64,000 nt of DNA from Squalus acanthias (taxonomy: Eukaryota). The position numbers and the translations under genes are program-made. How positions within the stretch are numbered: position 1 is the stretch's first letter; every line of letters starts with the position of its first letter. Under the pieces are notes generated by a model, which saw only the letters and a list, made by a program, of their open reading frames with translations, ran no database searches and was not told where the DNA came from. This document shows positions 24,997-37,479 of this stretch, piece by piece. The stretch spans positions 9,736,001 through 9,800,000 of the forward strand of contig CM059433.1 of the NCBI GenBank assembly GCA_030390025.1. Reading direction: 5' to 3'.

Positions 24997-25787
24997 ATAA
25001 GAACGTAAGAAATAAGAGCAGGAGTAGGCCATATGGCCCCTCGAGCCTGCTCCACCATTCAATAAGATCATGGCTGATCATCGACCTCAACTCCACTTTC
25101 CCGCCCGATCTCCATATCCCTTGATTCACCTAGAGTCCAAAAGATCTATCTATCTCAGCCTTGAATATACTCAAAGACACAGCATTCACAGCCCTCTGGG
25201 GCAGAGAATTCCAAAGATTCACAACCCTTTGAGTGAAGAAATTCCTCCTCATCTCAGTCTTAAATGGCTGACCCCTTATCCTGAGACTAAGCCCCCTAGT
25301 TCTAGACACTCTAGTCAGGGGAAACAACCTCTCAGTATCTACCCTGTCAATCCCCTTCAGAATCTTATATGTTTCAATGAGATCACCTCTCATTCTTCTA
25401 AACTCCAGAGAGTACAGGCCCATTCTACACAATCTCTCATCATAGGACAGCCCTCTCATCCCAGGAATCAATCTAGTGAACCTTCGTTGCACCTCCTCCA
25501 AGGCAAGTATATCTTTCCTTAGATAAGGAGACCAAAACTGTGCACAGTACTCCAGGTGTGGTCTCACCAAGGCCCTGTACAATTGTAGCAAGACTTCCTT
25601 ACTCTTATACTCCAACCCCCTTGCAATAAACCCCCTTGCAATAAACCCCCAACATGCCATTTGCCTTCCTTATTGCTTGCTGTACCTGCATGCTAGCTTT
25701 CTGTGTTTCTTGCACGAGGACACCCAAATCTCACTGAACACCAACATTTGAAAGTTTCTCACCATTTAAAAAATATTCTGTTTTATA
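24997..25787 (-). mobile_element. CR1 3' portion
   Basis: ORF 25130..25660 has RPHLEYCAQFWSP...RRMRGDLIETYK; internal tandem duplication at 25614-25650. Confidence 0.92.
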
Positions 25788-26499
25788 GTTGCCATTAGTC
25801 CAGCCATTCCACTGATTAGTAGGGACACAGATCCAGGAACTAGTGGAATGACCACAGCTGGAGGTGACCTGCATGGCGCTGCCATTTCTCAAGGCAGCAG
25901 CGCATGCCAGGCATCTGGCCTTCCCCCTCAGAGCATCAAACATAAGTAGCATACAGAAGGTGACACCAAGCCGCCTAGGTACAAGCTACAGAGATACAGC
26001 CAGCAGTGGCTCCCTCCCAGGAGCAAGCTACCATAAGGAGAGGGCCATCTCAATCATATGAGCCTTTTGTACCACAGGAGCAGCTAACCACCTCTTATGA
26101 TACTGGTTCTCAGGTTGCACCTTGGAGAAGCACTAAAATAGGAGAAAGAAGGAAATGTTTAGACACCCAGGGGAAGCATGGAGCGATTAAAGAGAAAGTT
26201 GGCTTATGGTCACTCTTAAGTTAATTATACTAAGAAAGCACATTTATGTCATGTTCTGTTACTCTTGGAGATAATAGTCATTTGGGAAAAGAGGCAGTTA
26301 TTTTGTACTGACTTATTCAATCAGATAATTAAAGCTTGCATAGTCTTGTTGGACCAAAGAAGTCTTACGTGATGTGATATTGTAGGAAGGGTACTGCATT
26401 GAAGCTTTATCATTTATTTGAAGATGGAAGATAAGGAGTAATGGCAGTTGTGACAATACTTCATTGGTAAGTTCAGTTCTGATGCCCCTTGCAGCCAGT

Positions 26500-28040
26500 A
26501 CTGAGGAGTCCTCCAAGTAACTGAACTCTTGATGCTCTTCTCCATATTTTTCTGCCTCTGAAGTAGCTAGGGCAACCTCCCAGGAATTTCCATGTCTAGG
26601 CCTTTTTCGATGGCAAAGTCATACAGAGCGCAGCGAGCTACAGCTACATGGAGATACGTGATCTGGAGCATATTGCAAAGCCGTTCCTGATCTATCAAGG
26701 CAGCAAAAGTACCCTTGTTAGACCCAGATGGTCCTCTCAATGACCATTCTGGTGGTGGCACGTACCTCATTCGAACACTCCTCAGCTGCTGCTCTTGCAT
26801 CTCTTCGAGGGGTAATTTTCCATGGCAGCAAAGGGGTACACCTTGTCACCCACAAGGCATTTGTTCATTTACTATCTTCCATGAAAAGTTCAGGCAAGGC
26901 AGAGTTGCTGAGGAGGAATGCCTCATGGAAATTTCCATCAAATTTGGCGTTTATGTGACGGATTCTCTGGTCACATGCCATCTGGACATTCAGTGAATTG
27001 GTCCCACTTTCGGTTAAGGAAGTTGAGTGGGTTAATGGCAGGAGATTGATGGTAGTGTATTGCGCCCTGCATTTTGGGAAACCCAGCATTGCATAAAAAC
27101 TAGATGGCCGTTTCGCAATGCTGCCTTGCTGCCACGTCAAACTGGATGAGTTACCCAGGGCCTCCCAAAACTGTGTCATTGGCCTGACGAATGCATGCCC
27201 GATGGAACTCTGGGTGATATTGTGCAGAGCCCTCGTGGCTGCTTGAAATGAGCCACTGGCATAAAAATTGAGCCCAGTCATTTCTGTCTGTGGTTGACCT
27301 CTTTGGTGAAGCACACTCTTCTCACACAAACCTCCTTAGGGACTCTACTCATTGGAGTTCAGAAGAATGAGAGGCGATCTTATTGAAACATATAAGATTG
27401 TGAAGGGGCTTGATCGGGTGGATGCGGTAAGGATGTTCCCAAGGATGGGTGAAACTAGAACTAGGGGGCATAATCTTAGAATAAGGGGCTGCTCTTTCAA
27501 AACTGAGATGAGGAGAAACTTCTTCACTCAGAGGGTGGTGGGTCTGTGGAATTTGCTGCCCCAGGAAGCTGTGGAAGCTACATCATTAAATAAATTTAAA
27601 ACAGAAATAGACAGTTTCCTAGAAGTAAAGGGAATTCGGGGTTACGGGGAGCGGGCAGGAAATTGGACATGAGGCTGAGTTCGGATCGGTCAGGGCCCTG
27701 TGGGTGGTGGAGCGGACCCAGGGGCTGAGTGGCCGGGTCCTGCTCCTACTTCTTGTGTTCTTTAGATTTGAGGTTAGGATCAGATCAGCCATGATCTTAT
27801 TGAATGGCGGAGCAGGCTCGAGGGGCCGATTGGCCTACTCCTGCTCCTATTTCTTATGTTCTTATGTTCTTACTCAGGCCTTCATAGGATCTATAAATTC
27901 TTTTGGGAGATAATATCTTGTAGGGCATTGTCTCCTGAAACGCTGCCGCACTCTCCTTTCCTCTACTCTGCACCGATCTTCTTCCTCCTACATTACAATT
28001 GCACACAAGGGAATGTCAATAGGGAATCCCAGACTTGGTA
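26500..28040 (-). pseudogene. Decayed Harbinger transposase, split by a CR1 insertion
   Basis: GLNFYASGSFQ and SLNVQMACD..IRHINAKF.G..HEAFLL motifs in ORF 26865..27329. Confidence 0.75.
27340..27871 (+). mobile_element. CR1 3' portion with two tandem 3' UTR units
   Basis: ORF 27352..27672, then two ...cctgctccta.ttctt.tgttct ends at ~27760 and ~27860. Confidence 0.88.
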
Positions 28041-28537
28041 CTGAGCGGTGGAAAAAATAACCCGTTTGTCTCAGAGACGGTCAGGCTATCAGATGCAAGT
28101 CCAGCTCAATCCTGAAGCAAGGCAAAAAAAAAAAACTGCTTTCGAAGCTCTTCTGCAACTTCAGAATCTCTCTTGAAAGTTTCTTCAGGCTCCAAAGTAA
28201 AGCCACTATCAGCTGATACTAGCAATAGGCAACACTTCATTTATATTGTGTTAAGTTAAGTTTGGTGCAATGGGAGCATGAGTCACAGGATTTGGGGATT
28301 CCAACACCTTTGTTTCACATTTTACGAACATACAATAATGATGGACAAGAAAAGACCTACTGGTCCATTCAGCCGGTCCCACACAGTTGTGATGCCTTAT
28401 GCATCGCCATAAATACACTCCCCACCCACCCAGAGCCACATAATATCCTTGATGTGGAGATGCCGGTGTTGGACTGGGGTGGACAAATGTGAGAAGTCGC
28501 ACAACACCAGGTTATAGTCCAACAGTTTTATTTGAAA

Positions 28538-28574
28538 TCACAAGCTTTCGGAGCGCTGCTCCTTCGTCAGGTGA
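28538..28574 (-). ncRNA. Minimal type-I hammerhead motif (subfamily A2)
   Basis: TCAC-CTGACGA-A-GGAGC(AGC)GCTCC-GAA-AGCT-T-GTGA. Confidence 0.75.
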
Positions 28575-28598
28575 AGTGAAGAGATGTATATTGCTAAC

Positions 28599-28636
28599 TT
28601 ACCTGACGAAGGAGCGATAGCTCCGAAAGCTTGTAA
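28599..28636 (+). ncRNA. Minimal type-I hammerhead motif (subfamily A1)
   Basis: TTAC-CTGACGA-A-GGAGC(GATA)GCTCC-GAA-AGCT-T-GTAA. Confidence 0.75.
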
Positions 28637-29307
28637 AATTAAATAAATCTGTTGGACTATAACCTGGTGTTGTGCGACTTCTCATTTTTGTCCACCCCAG
28701 TCCAACGCCGGCATCTCCACATCATATAATATCCTGGCAGAGGTGACAAACAGATAAAAACGCTGGCCAATAAGAGTAGAAAAAAAACCTGGAAAATTCC
28801 TCACCGACCCCCTCAGGTAATCAAAACTAATCCAGGAGATCACATTGGCTCTGATTTACGTTACAGGATACCTACCTCTTGTACAAAGTGGTCTCTTCCC
28901 CAGCCAGAAACAGGTCCAGCTCTCACTTGAAGGAATTCAGCAAATCAGCATTCACTGCACAAACCAGCAAACTGTTCCACAGGTCCACGCTTCTCTGGGA
29001 AACGAAGAACTGTGTAACAGCCAACCTAGTTCTGCCCTTACATAACTTGTAAGCATGACCCCCTGGTCCTTCTTAACCTATCCAGTTGAAATAATTGGTC
29101 TACAGAAATCCAATCTAGTCCCTTCATTATTTTATGAACCTCAATGAAATCGCCCCTGAGTCTAATATAGAGACCCAGCTCACTGAGTCTATCTGGGTAA
29201 CTCAAATATTTTAAACTGGGAATTAATCGTGTAGCCCTCTTCTGCACCGTTTCCAAAGCCTATCCCCCAGCATGTGAGGAGACCAAAACTGGACACAGTA
29301 TTTGATG

Positions 29308-29740
29308 TGTCAGCCGTGGATCAGTTGGTAGCACTCCAGGGACTTGAGCACAAAAATCTAGGCTGACACTCCAGTGCAGTGCTGAGGGAGTGCTGCACTG
29401 TCGGAGGTGCCGTCTTTCTGTTGAGACATTAAACCGAGGCCCCGTCTGCTCTCTCAGGTGGACATAAAAGATCCCACGGCACTATTTCGAAGAAGAGCAG
29501 GGAAGTTATCCCCGGTGTGCTGGCCAATATTTATCCCTCAATCAACATGACTAAAACAGATTATCTGGTCATTATCACATTGCTGTTTGTGGGAGCTTGC
29601 TGTGCGCAAATTGGCTGCCGCGTTTCCCACATTACAACAGTGACTGCACTTTAAAAAGTAGTTCATTGGCTGTAAAGCGTTTTGGGACATCCGGTGGTCT
29701 TGAAAGGCGCTATAGAAATGCAAGACTTTCTTTCTTTTTC
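29308..29740 (+). mobile_element. tRNA-headed Deu-type SINE (SacSINE1-like), head partly deleted
   Basis: gtcagccgtgg.tcagttggtagcact head; L2-like tail aaggcgctatagaaatgcaag followed by (CTTT)n. Confidence 0.82.
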
Positions 29741-30164
29741 TAACTGAGACCTAATCACGGTCTTGTACAAGGACAAAATGTTATGCTTTGTTCTGTAGTG
29801 AATTGTGCTGTGAATAGAACCGAGAAGCCTATTTGCTTTAGTTATAGCTTCCAAGCATTAGTCATGAACCTTGAGAGTTTGATGCACTAGAACACCCAGA
29901 TCTCTTTCTTTCACCACTGGATTTAATTCTTTTCCCTGTAGGGTGGTTAGCATTTGACCTGCCCATGTGCATGACACTACACTTTTCTAAGTTAAAAATA
30001 ATTCGCCAAACATGGGCTCAATTCCCCAACACATCAAGATCTGCTTTGTACTAATTGAGCATCCTCTACAGTCCTAACACCCACACATATTTTGGGTATT
30101 GTCCAGAACTTGCAGACCAACCCCCAACACCTACATCTAGATCATTAGTGAAAATAATAAATAG

Positions 30165-30635
30165 CAAAGAAAGACTTGCATTTATATAGCGCCTTTCACG
30201 ACCACCGGATGTCTCAAAGCGCTTTACAACCAATGAAGTACTATTTGAAGTGGAGTCACTGTTGTAATGTGGGAAATGTGGCAGCCAATTTGCACACAGC
30301 AAGCTCCCACAAACAGCAATGTGATAATGACCAGATAAACTGTTTTTGTTATGTTGAATGAGGGATAAATATTGGCCCCAGGACATCGGGGATAACTCCC
30401 CTGCTCTTCTTCGAAATAGTGCCATGGGATCTTTTACATCCACCTGAGAGAGCAGACAGGGCCTCGGTTTAACGTCTCATCCAAAAGACAGCACCTCTGA
30501 CAGTGCAGCACTCCCTCAGCACTGCACTGCAGTATTAGCCTAGCTTTATGTGCTCAAGTCCCACGGAGTAGGACTATGAACCCACAACCTTCTGATTCAG
30601 AGGCAAGTGTGCTACCCACTGAGCCACAGCTGACA
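30165..30635 (-). mobile_element. Full-length tRNA/Deu-type SINE
   Basis: Pol III A/B-box-like head (TGGCTCAGTGGG ... GGTTCA) and the same body and tail as 29308. Confidence 0.85.
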
Positions 30636-32067
30636 CTAGGTCTTAAAGGTCCTAATACCGATCCTTGTGGAACATCACTAGTAACCGGTCCCCAAGAAGA
30701 AGACCTAAATCCATTAACTACCACTCTCTGCCTGCGGGCATTCAACCAATTCTTCATCCGCTGCACCAAATGACCACTAATTCCACAAGATTCTATCTTG
30801 CAGAGAAGCCTCTTATGCGATACCTCATCGAAGGCTTTCTGAAAATGCAGGTAGACAATGTCTACCGGGTTATCCTCATCCATTAACCTGGTGACTTCTT
30901 CAAAAGATTTCAGTCAAATTGGTAAGACATGACCTTCTTTTGCCAGAAGCCGGTGTCCCTGATATGACTTCTCTATCTAAATGGTCATATAGAGCTAATG
31001 ATTCACTCGGGAATCATACCTATTTCTGGCGTCAAGCTAATGGGCTTATACTTACCCGGTTCTACCTTAACTCCCTTTTTACAAATTGGAACTGTGTTAG
31101 CCTCCTTCCAGTCCCCCACTCCAGTGAACTATTAAAGATACGCGCAAAGGGGCTGGCAGAGCACCTGTCCTATTTCCTGAAGGACCCTTAGGTGGATATG
31201 ATATGGGCTGGCAGCCCGATCTATTTTAAGGTTGCTTCTTCTTTCTGAAAGAATATTCTCATCTATTTTAATATTAACAATTTTATTGTTAATAGCACCG
31301 CTTAATGCTGACAGTTGAACGTCATCTTCAAGAGTGAAGACTGATGCAAAGTACTCATTTAGTATCTCGGACATACCATGAGAATCCTTTCTAACCTGTC
31401 CTTGACCATCTCTCAGTGGCACAATACAGTCTTTGATGATCGTCTGACTCTTTACATAGCTGAAAATGCTTTTCCCATTGCTACCACCATTGTCCACAAT
31501 CCTCTTTTCCTTTAACTTTTTAGCTTATCTAATAGCAGCCTTAGTTTTTTTTTGAACTATTCATGGCACTTGGCTTTGTTTTGCTGTGTATTATCTGCTT
31601 TTAATTTATATTTTAAAAAATTGTTTACACCTTATTTGTCTTTCTACGTGACCAGGCAGCCACCTTCTTGCCACATTCCCTTCTTTTGAGTTTGGGGATA
31701 TACGTGGCTTCTATGCATTTCAGTTTACTGTTAAAAACTTGCCATTTATATTCCCTGCCCAGTAGGGTCGACCAATTGACCTGTACCAAATCCTTTACCA
31801 TTTTATTAAAGCTAGTCCTTTTGAAATCTGGAATTAATTGTAGATTTTCAGAGCCTTGGGTTCTCCCAGTCAATTGAAACCTTATAATATTGTGGTCAAC
31901 GTTTCCCAGGTGTTCGCCCACATGGACGTCTGATACCAAGTTAGGCTCATTACTAAACACTATCTAGTATATGATTAGACCTGGTTTCCTCTTTGACATG
32001 CTGTAATATATATTTTAATATATGTTAACGAGCACACAGCATGGAAGGCCTCAGATCACGTTGGGCT

Positions 32068-32890
32068 CTTCTTCTTCTTCTTCTTCTTAGGCAGTCCCTC
32101 GGAACCGAGGATGACTTGCTTCCACATTAAAAATGAGTTCTCAGGTGACTGATGAGTCCAATGCGGGACCTACAGTCTCTGTCACAGGTGGGGCAGACGG
32201 TGGTTGAAGGGGCGGGTGGGTGGGGTGCTTGGGTTGACATGCGCTCCTTCCGCTGTTGGCGCTTGGCTTCCGCTTGCTCCCGGCGAAGAGACTCGAGGTG
32301 TTCGGTGCCTTCCCGGATGCTTCTCCTCCACTTTGTGCGGTCTTGGACCAGGGATTCCCAGGTGTCGATGGGGATGTTGCACTTTTTCAAGGAGGCTTTG
32401 AGGGTGCTCTTGAAGCGTTTCCTCTGCCCACCTGGGGCTCTCTTGCCGTGTCGGAGCTCCGAGTAGAGCGCTTGTTTTGGGAGTCTCGTATTGGGCATGT
32501 GGACGATGTGGCCCGTCCATCGGAGCTGATCGAGCGTGGTCAAAGCTTCGATGCTGGGGATGTTGGCCTGAGTGAGAACACTGACGTTGGTGCGCCTATC
32601 CTGCCAATGGATTTGCAGGATCTTGCGGAGGCAGCATTGGTGGTACCTCTCCAGTGCTTTGAGGTGCCTGCTGTACATGGTCCGTGTCTCTGAGGCATAC
32701 AGGAGGGCGGGTATCACTACTGCTCTGTAGACCATGAGCTTGGTGCTGGGTTTGAGGTCCTGGTCTTCAAACATTCTCTTCCTCAGGCGACCGAAGGCTG
32801 CACTGGCACACTGAAGGCGGTGTTGGACTTCGTCATCGATGTCTGCCCTTGTTGACAGTAGGCTCCCGAGGTATGGAAAGTGGTCTACAG
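32068..32890 (-). mobile_element. RTE (BovB-like) LINE, 5'-truncated
   Basis: Uninterrupted ORF with FPYLGS, TKLMVYRAVVIPALLYASET, QLRWTGHI, RLPKQALYSEL and CPTC...GLISHLRTH; (AAG)n tail at 32068-32088. Confidence 0.92.
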
Positions 32891-34221
32891 CACTGCCAAT
32901 ACGTGGAGGAAACCTGATGGAAACAGGTCCTGCCCCAGAATCCACCCCAGTACGGTACACTGGCATTCCGACTGAAACTCACCAAAAAACAGCAAGTAAA
33001 TTCAGGGCCATTACTTTTAGCATATTTACTGACCTGAATGAAGAAAGAAAATGCCAGCCCAAAACAATGGGAAGAAATTACTTGAACAATTTGATAGTTT
33101 TATTTTGTGGCAGTTCCTAGTATATAATTTTGTAAAAAAAAAGAATGAAGTATTTGTTCGGTCGGATTTGCGTTGATTGCTGGTTTGTGATTGATGGTTT
33201 TTACTTTGTGTCCATGGGCTTGCGATTGTGCATTTTTGCTACCTGTCTATATTTGAGTTAATTAGCATGGGTAACAACAGATACTGGTTATTTGAGTCAA
33301 TCAGGTAAGTGTGACAATTTGAATCTCCACGCAGTGTGGACGTGCCCTAGACAAAAGGCTTTTAGTTATATAGACAGAACATGTGCTTCCTTCAGAGTGT
33401 CATGGTTTATATATCAACATTGTTACTTTACCATTTAATAATCCAAATGCCAGTTAAACCTTCCCATTGAGCTTTTTTCAGGGCAGTGGGAGATTTAAAT
33501 TCCACTACGCTGTATTTGGTCTTGATTTCTTTCCTTTTGAAAGATGACCTATATCTCAAAGCAAAAGAAACAAATAAAATAAGAGCCGTCACAGTCACGA
33601 AACTTGAATTTGAAGGTCTTAAAATGTATTCAAATCAAAATCATTTTGAAACTGGTATTCATTCACTTGTTAGAATCATTTTTACCAAAAGAGGGCAGCA
33701 GAGTCTGAATGTGCCCACCAGACTCAGGGCGTGCTGTTGCCTCGCTGCCTTGTACAAACCCAAGCAATACAATGACCTCATCAGATCCTCTCATTAATAA
33801 GTCATAAGATAGGTTTAGGGTAAAGCAGATTACTAGTGTTCAGTGTATTTAAAAACACACAAGGAACTGTGTCAGCAGTTTGCAAAAACTCTGATAGACA
33901 CAGACGTACGGTAACTGCCTCTACACTGACAAATGGCTGGATAGCATCTGAATGCAACCTAGCATGAGGACAGCTTTAACGGAATTGTAAAAGCAAAACT
34001 ACAGGTTAACTGCATTTCCTCGACACTTAAACAGTGCAAAATGTCTGAACTAATCCTCATGCTGTTGGATACTTAATCAGCTGTACTGCTTACCAGTAAA
34101 ATAAAACCTTTTTAAATCACCATTTCTTCCTGGCACTTTTGAAGTTGCCTTAAAGAGCCAATATTTGAAATTGGAAGGTGTGAAAGACTCACCTGTTTAA
34201 AGCAGCAAACCGTAAAATGTT

Positions 34222-34358
34222 TCATAGAAACATAGAAGATAGGAGCAGGAGTAGGCCATTCGGCCCCTCGAGCCTGCTCCGCCATTCGATGAGATCATGG
34301 CTGATCATCCAAACTCAGTACCCTGTCCCTGCTTTCTCCCCATATCCCTTGATCCATG
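34222..34358 (-). mobile_element. CR1 3' UTR fragment
   Basis: (CATAGAAA)n tail and ggagcaggagtaggccattcggcccctcg. Confidence 0.8.
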
Positions 34359-35015
34359 TGGTTGCTCTTTTTAAAATACTTTCTCGTTTCAGGTTTTTGA
34401 CATGTCAGAAATATTTTATAAGCACGAGGCACGATAATCATTTCCTCTTGCTGCTGTGCGCTGCAGACATTAAAAATAGCGAGACTTTTTTTTGCATAGC
34501 TGCTGCATAAACCGTAAAAATGTTCTAAAAGAATGAGATGACTACTTTGCTTGAAATCAGATCAACGGAAATCTTCCCACTATGTATACAACGCTGCTGA
34601 CATGGAGCGACCAGGGGGGAATTTCTCTCTCACACTCCTTTGGTTTGTTCAGCCACGGTCTCAGAGAAGTAGCAGCTGTAAGTGGGGTGAACATGCTGGG
34701 AACTAGAGGAAGGTCGGATGTGATTCAAGGTTTGTTATCAAAACTACAGCTTTAGTTCTAACATTTATTTTTGAAGTTATTTGCCTATATGACAACAGTC
34801 ACTGCACTTCAAGAAGTAATTCATTGTTAGAGCAGTTTGGGACATTTGTAGATGAGAGGCATTATATAAATCCTGGTGTTACGATTGAAGCATTCTCTTA
34901 TTTATAGTTGTGGTGTGCTTTTTGTGCTCAAGAAATAAGAAATATTCATGCTGGGAATAAAACCCATCTCCTGTTTTTTAATCACAGACATTGTTGGCAA
35001 TTGTTGCTATATTTT

Positions 35016-35500
35016 GGCCTGTAATTTCCAATCCCTATGGGTGTTTACGAGCTGTGTACACACCCGTAGGGGCCTCGCAAGCGCCGGTTTCAGGCATGCG
35101 AAGCGCATGCGCTGAAAACCGGCACTTCCGATCTGTCAAGAATCCTCTTGACAGATTGCACGCCTGTCCTGGAGAAGGGCCTCTGTGGGTGGAGAGTTTC
35201 CACTGCTCGCCTCGGTGACCCTGGCGGGGTTTCCCGATGTCGGAAAGCCCGCACCTCTGTTGGAAAAATGGGGCTAAAATCGTAACTGCCTGTTAACTGC
35301 CTGTTAACAGGCAGTTAAGTGGCTGTAATCCCCTTCCCGCCTCCAGGAGATGGGACCCGGCGCGGGTCGGCTACCCGCCTCCTGGGAAGATGGCATGGAG
35401 GTGGGTTGGGGGCGGGTTGCACACCCGGCCCCAGATTCTGCCATTTTCCAGGCAGTCCCGCCTCCAAACCCGCCCCCCCAGGGCTGGCAAAATCGCCCCC
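35016..35500. mobile_element. Harbinger MITE or MITE chimera
   Basis: Left part matches 53740-53850; right part matches 57700-57973 and ends CAAAATCGCCCCC. Confidence 0.7.
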
Positions 35501-35770
35501 GGTCAGTCTGGGCTGGATTTAAACCCAGTTTCTAGAGTCAGCCATTTATTTTCTCCCCTACTCTCCCCCTGCAGTCTGTTCCAGTGCCACATGGCTGAGA
35601 ATGTGGGCAGTCACCCTCTTCCAATGTAGCTATGTAACTAGCTCCTAGGAGATCACCCAGCGTGCCTAAAGGTGACTGGCCCTCCCATTTTCCTTCCTTT
35701 ACTTGGGGAAGCACTTGTTTCTCTTTCAATATATCTTTCAGGCAGCATGTATGAAATTTGGGAATTCAAT

Positions 35771-36060
35771 GGCCCCGGTTTTTACCTCACCCGCCAGGGT
35801 CGGAAGCAATGTTCTCTTTTGGGTGCGTGGCCTCTTTAAGGGGCTGCGCCGCCCATTTACAGTTCTGTGCAGGCACGAAACTTAATATTGAAAAAGCTGG
35901 TCCCGGGCTGCACGGGACCGGCAGAGAGCAGCGGGCCGCGCGACCGCGCAACTTATAGGGAACGTTGGTTGGAAGTCATTGGAACGTAAAATCGGGCGGG
36001 GTGTAAAACCGGCGTCCTCACCCAAACCCACCCCGTTCCTGCCAGGTTAAAATCAGGGCC
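35771..36060. mobile_element. Harbinger-type MITE
   Basis: GGCCCCGGTTTTTACC / GGTTAAAATCAGGGCC termini; flanks AAT/AAC. Confidence 0.7.
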
Positions 36061-36519
36061 AACGTGTGGGGAATGGTTGCGGTGAACCCATTTGATACCC
36101 CTCTGTGGTACTGTGCTGTCCGAGCTGAGATTAATTACAAATATTTATTATTTTGAACCTTTTTGAGATTTAAGAGGTACAGTGATTTAGAACCCTGTTC
36201 TTTTACGTCTGGAACCCAGGTTTGAATCCAGCCCAGACTGAGGAATGACCGTTTCCTTTCTTCGTTGACTGGAAGGGTTCTGCATGAAGTAAGTCTGGGC
36301 AGTCTTAGTTCTGACTTCCTAGTGCATATCCAATTCACAAAGGTGACTCGTGTGGGAAATTGTATTGACACTGGTGCAGGTATTGACACTGGTGTTGTTC
36401 TGCCAGTAGGATTAAGCCACAATGGTGAGGCAGAGTAAAGGAACATCTTACAGTACATCTACTCTGCGACTGGGACTACATTTTGATGATAATTGTGGAA
36501 ACTAAAAGTGGTCTGCTTA

Positions 36520-37400
36520 TCATTTTCATTAATGTCTTGGAGAAGAAGAATTAAATGAAACTGTTCTCATCTTCGTAGATGATACGAAAATGCGCGCAAG
36601 GATTAGTAATACGGAACAAATCAATTGGCTGCAGGCTAATTTCGATCGGCTCATGTGTGGCAGATGTCAGTTAACATGGACAAGTGCAGTGTCACGTACA
36701 TGAGGTTAACAAACTCCAGTCATCTTTATATGATGCAGGGATTCCTGCTAAAGGAAACCGATCAGGAAAGAGATCTGGGAGCAGTAGTTGATCGATTGTT
36801 GAAGGTGCATGAGCCGTACATGGGAAAGCGAATGGGCCTTTAGGTAATATTGCCAGGGCCACTGAGTACAAACCAAGGAGTACTATACTGTGGCTCTGTG
36901 AGGCTCGGGTGCAGCTGCACTTGGGAGTATTGCGTCCAGTTTCGGCCCCTGTACGTGGCGAAAGATGTCAAGACTAGAGAAAATACGGAGGAGGGTGACC
37001 AGGATGATATCTTGGCTGTGAGGTAAGGCTCCCAAGAATTAGGATTATTCACTTTGGAGAAATGCAGGTCTAGTGGGATGTGATTGAAGTTTTTAAATGG
37101 TGAAGAGGCTGAAGAGAGTCGGTTAGATGAGTTATTTGAAATGGATAGGGATGGTAGGACTAGAGGCTAAGCCTATAAAATCTGCAGGTTGGGTTCGATA
37201 TCAGGAAGTATTTATTTTCTTCAAGAGTCAGCAGCTTCCGGAACTAAATGCTGAGACGTGCGACAGTCTTTTAAGAGGGAGCTTGGCAGGTTCCTGAGAG
37301 AAGAGGGTATTTCTAGTTCTAGGAACAGAGGAACAGCTAGACGAAAAGAGACCACGGACAATTTAGTTCGCCTTCTACCAGCCTGGTCATCGCATGATTC
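36520..37400 (+). mobile_element. Old CR1 fragment
   Basis: FVDDTK, WQMSVNMDKCSV, ERDLG and EYCVQF remnants. Confidence 0.7.
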
Positions 37401-37479
37401 AACCATAATGGAGGTGTTGACTAATCACAGCAATCAATCTCTATCAATTAGTCTACAACAGATCCCGACACGACAGTGG

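Larger units (their letters stand above)
28450..28725. mobile_element. Penelope inverted double-pLTR insertion with two hammerhead motifs
   Basis: Arms 28450-28575 and 28598-28724 are inverted, with both ...ggcatctccacatca tails pointing outward; 10-bp TSD ATAATATCCT at 28440-28449 and 28726-28735. Confidence 0.88.
28320..32000 (-). mobile_element. Long, old CR1 LINE (endonuclease end through RT to 3' UTR), interrupted by Penelope and SINE insertions
   Basis: Colinear pieces EHLGNVDHNIIRF, ILNEYFASVFT, VDIVYLHFQKAFDEVSH, VPQGSVLGPL and VQKRATRLIP. Confidence 0.85.

Noticed and set aside
30560..30635. tRNA gene
   Set aside because: It is the tRNA-derived head of a SINE with body and tail attached.
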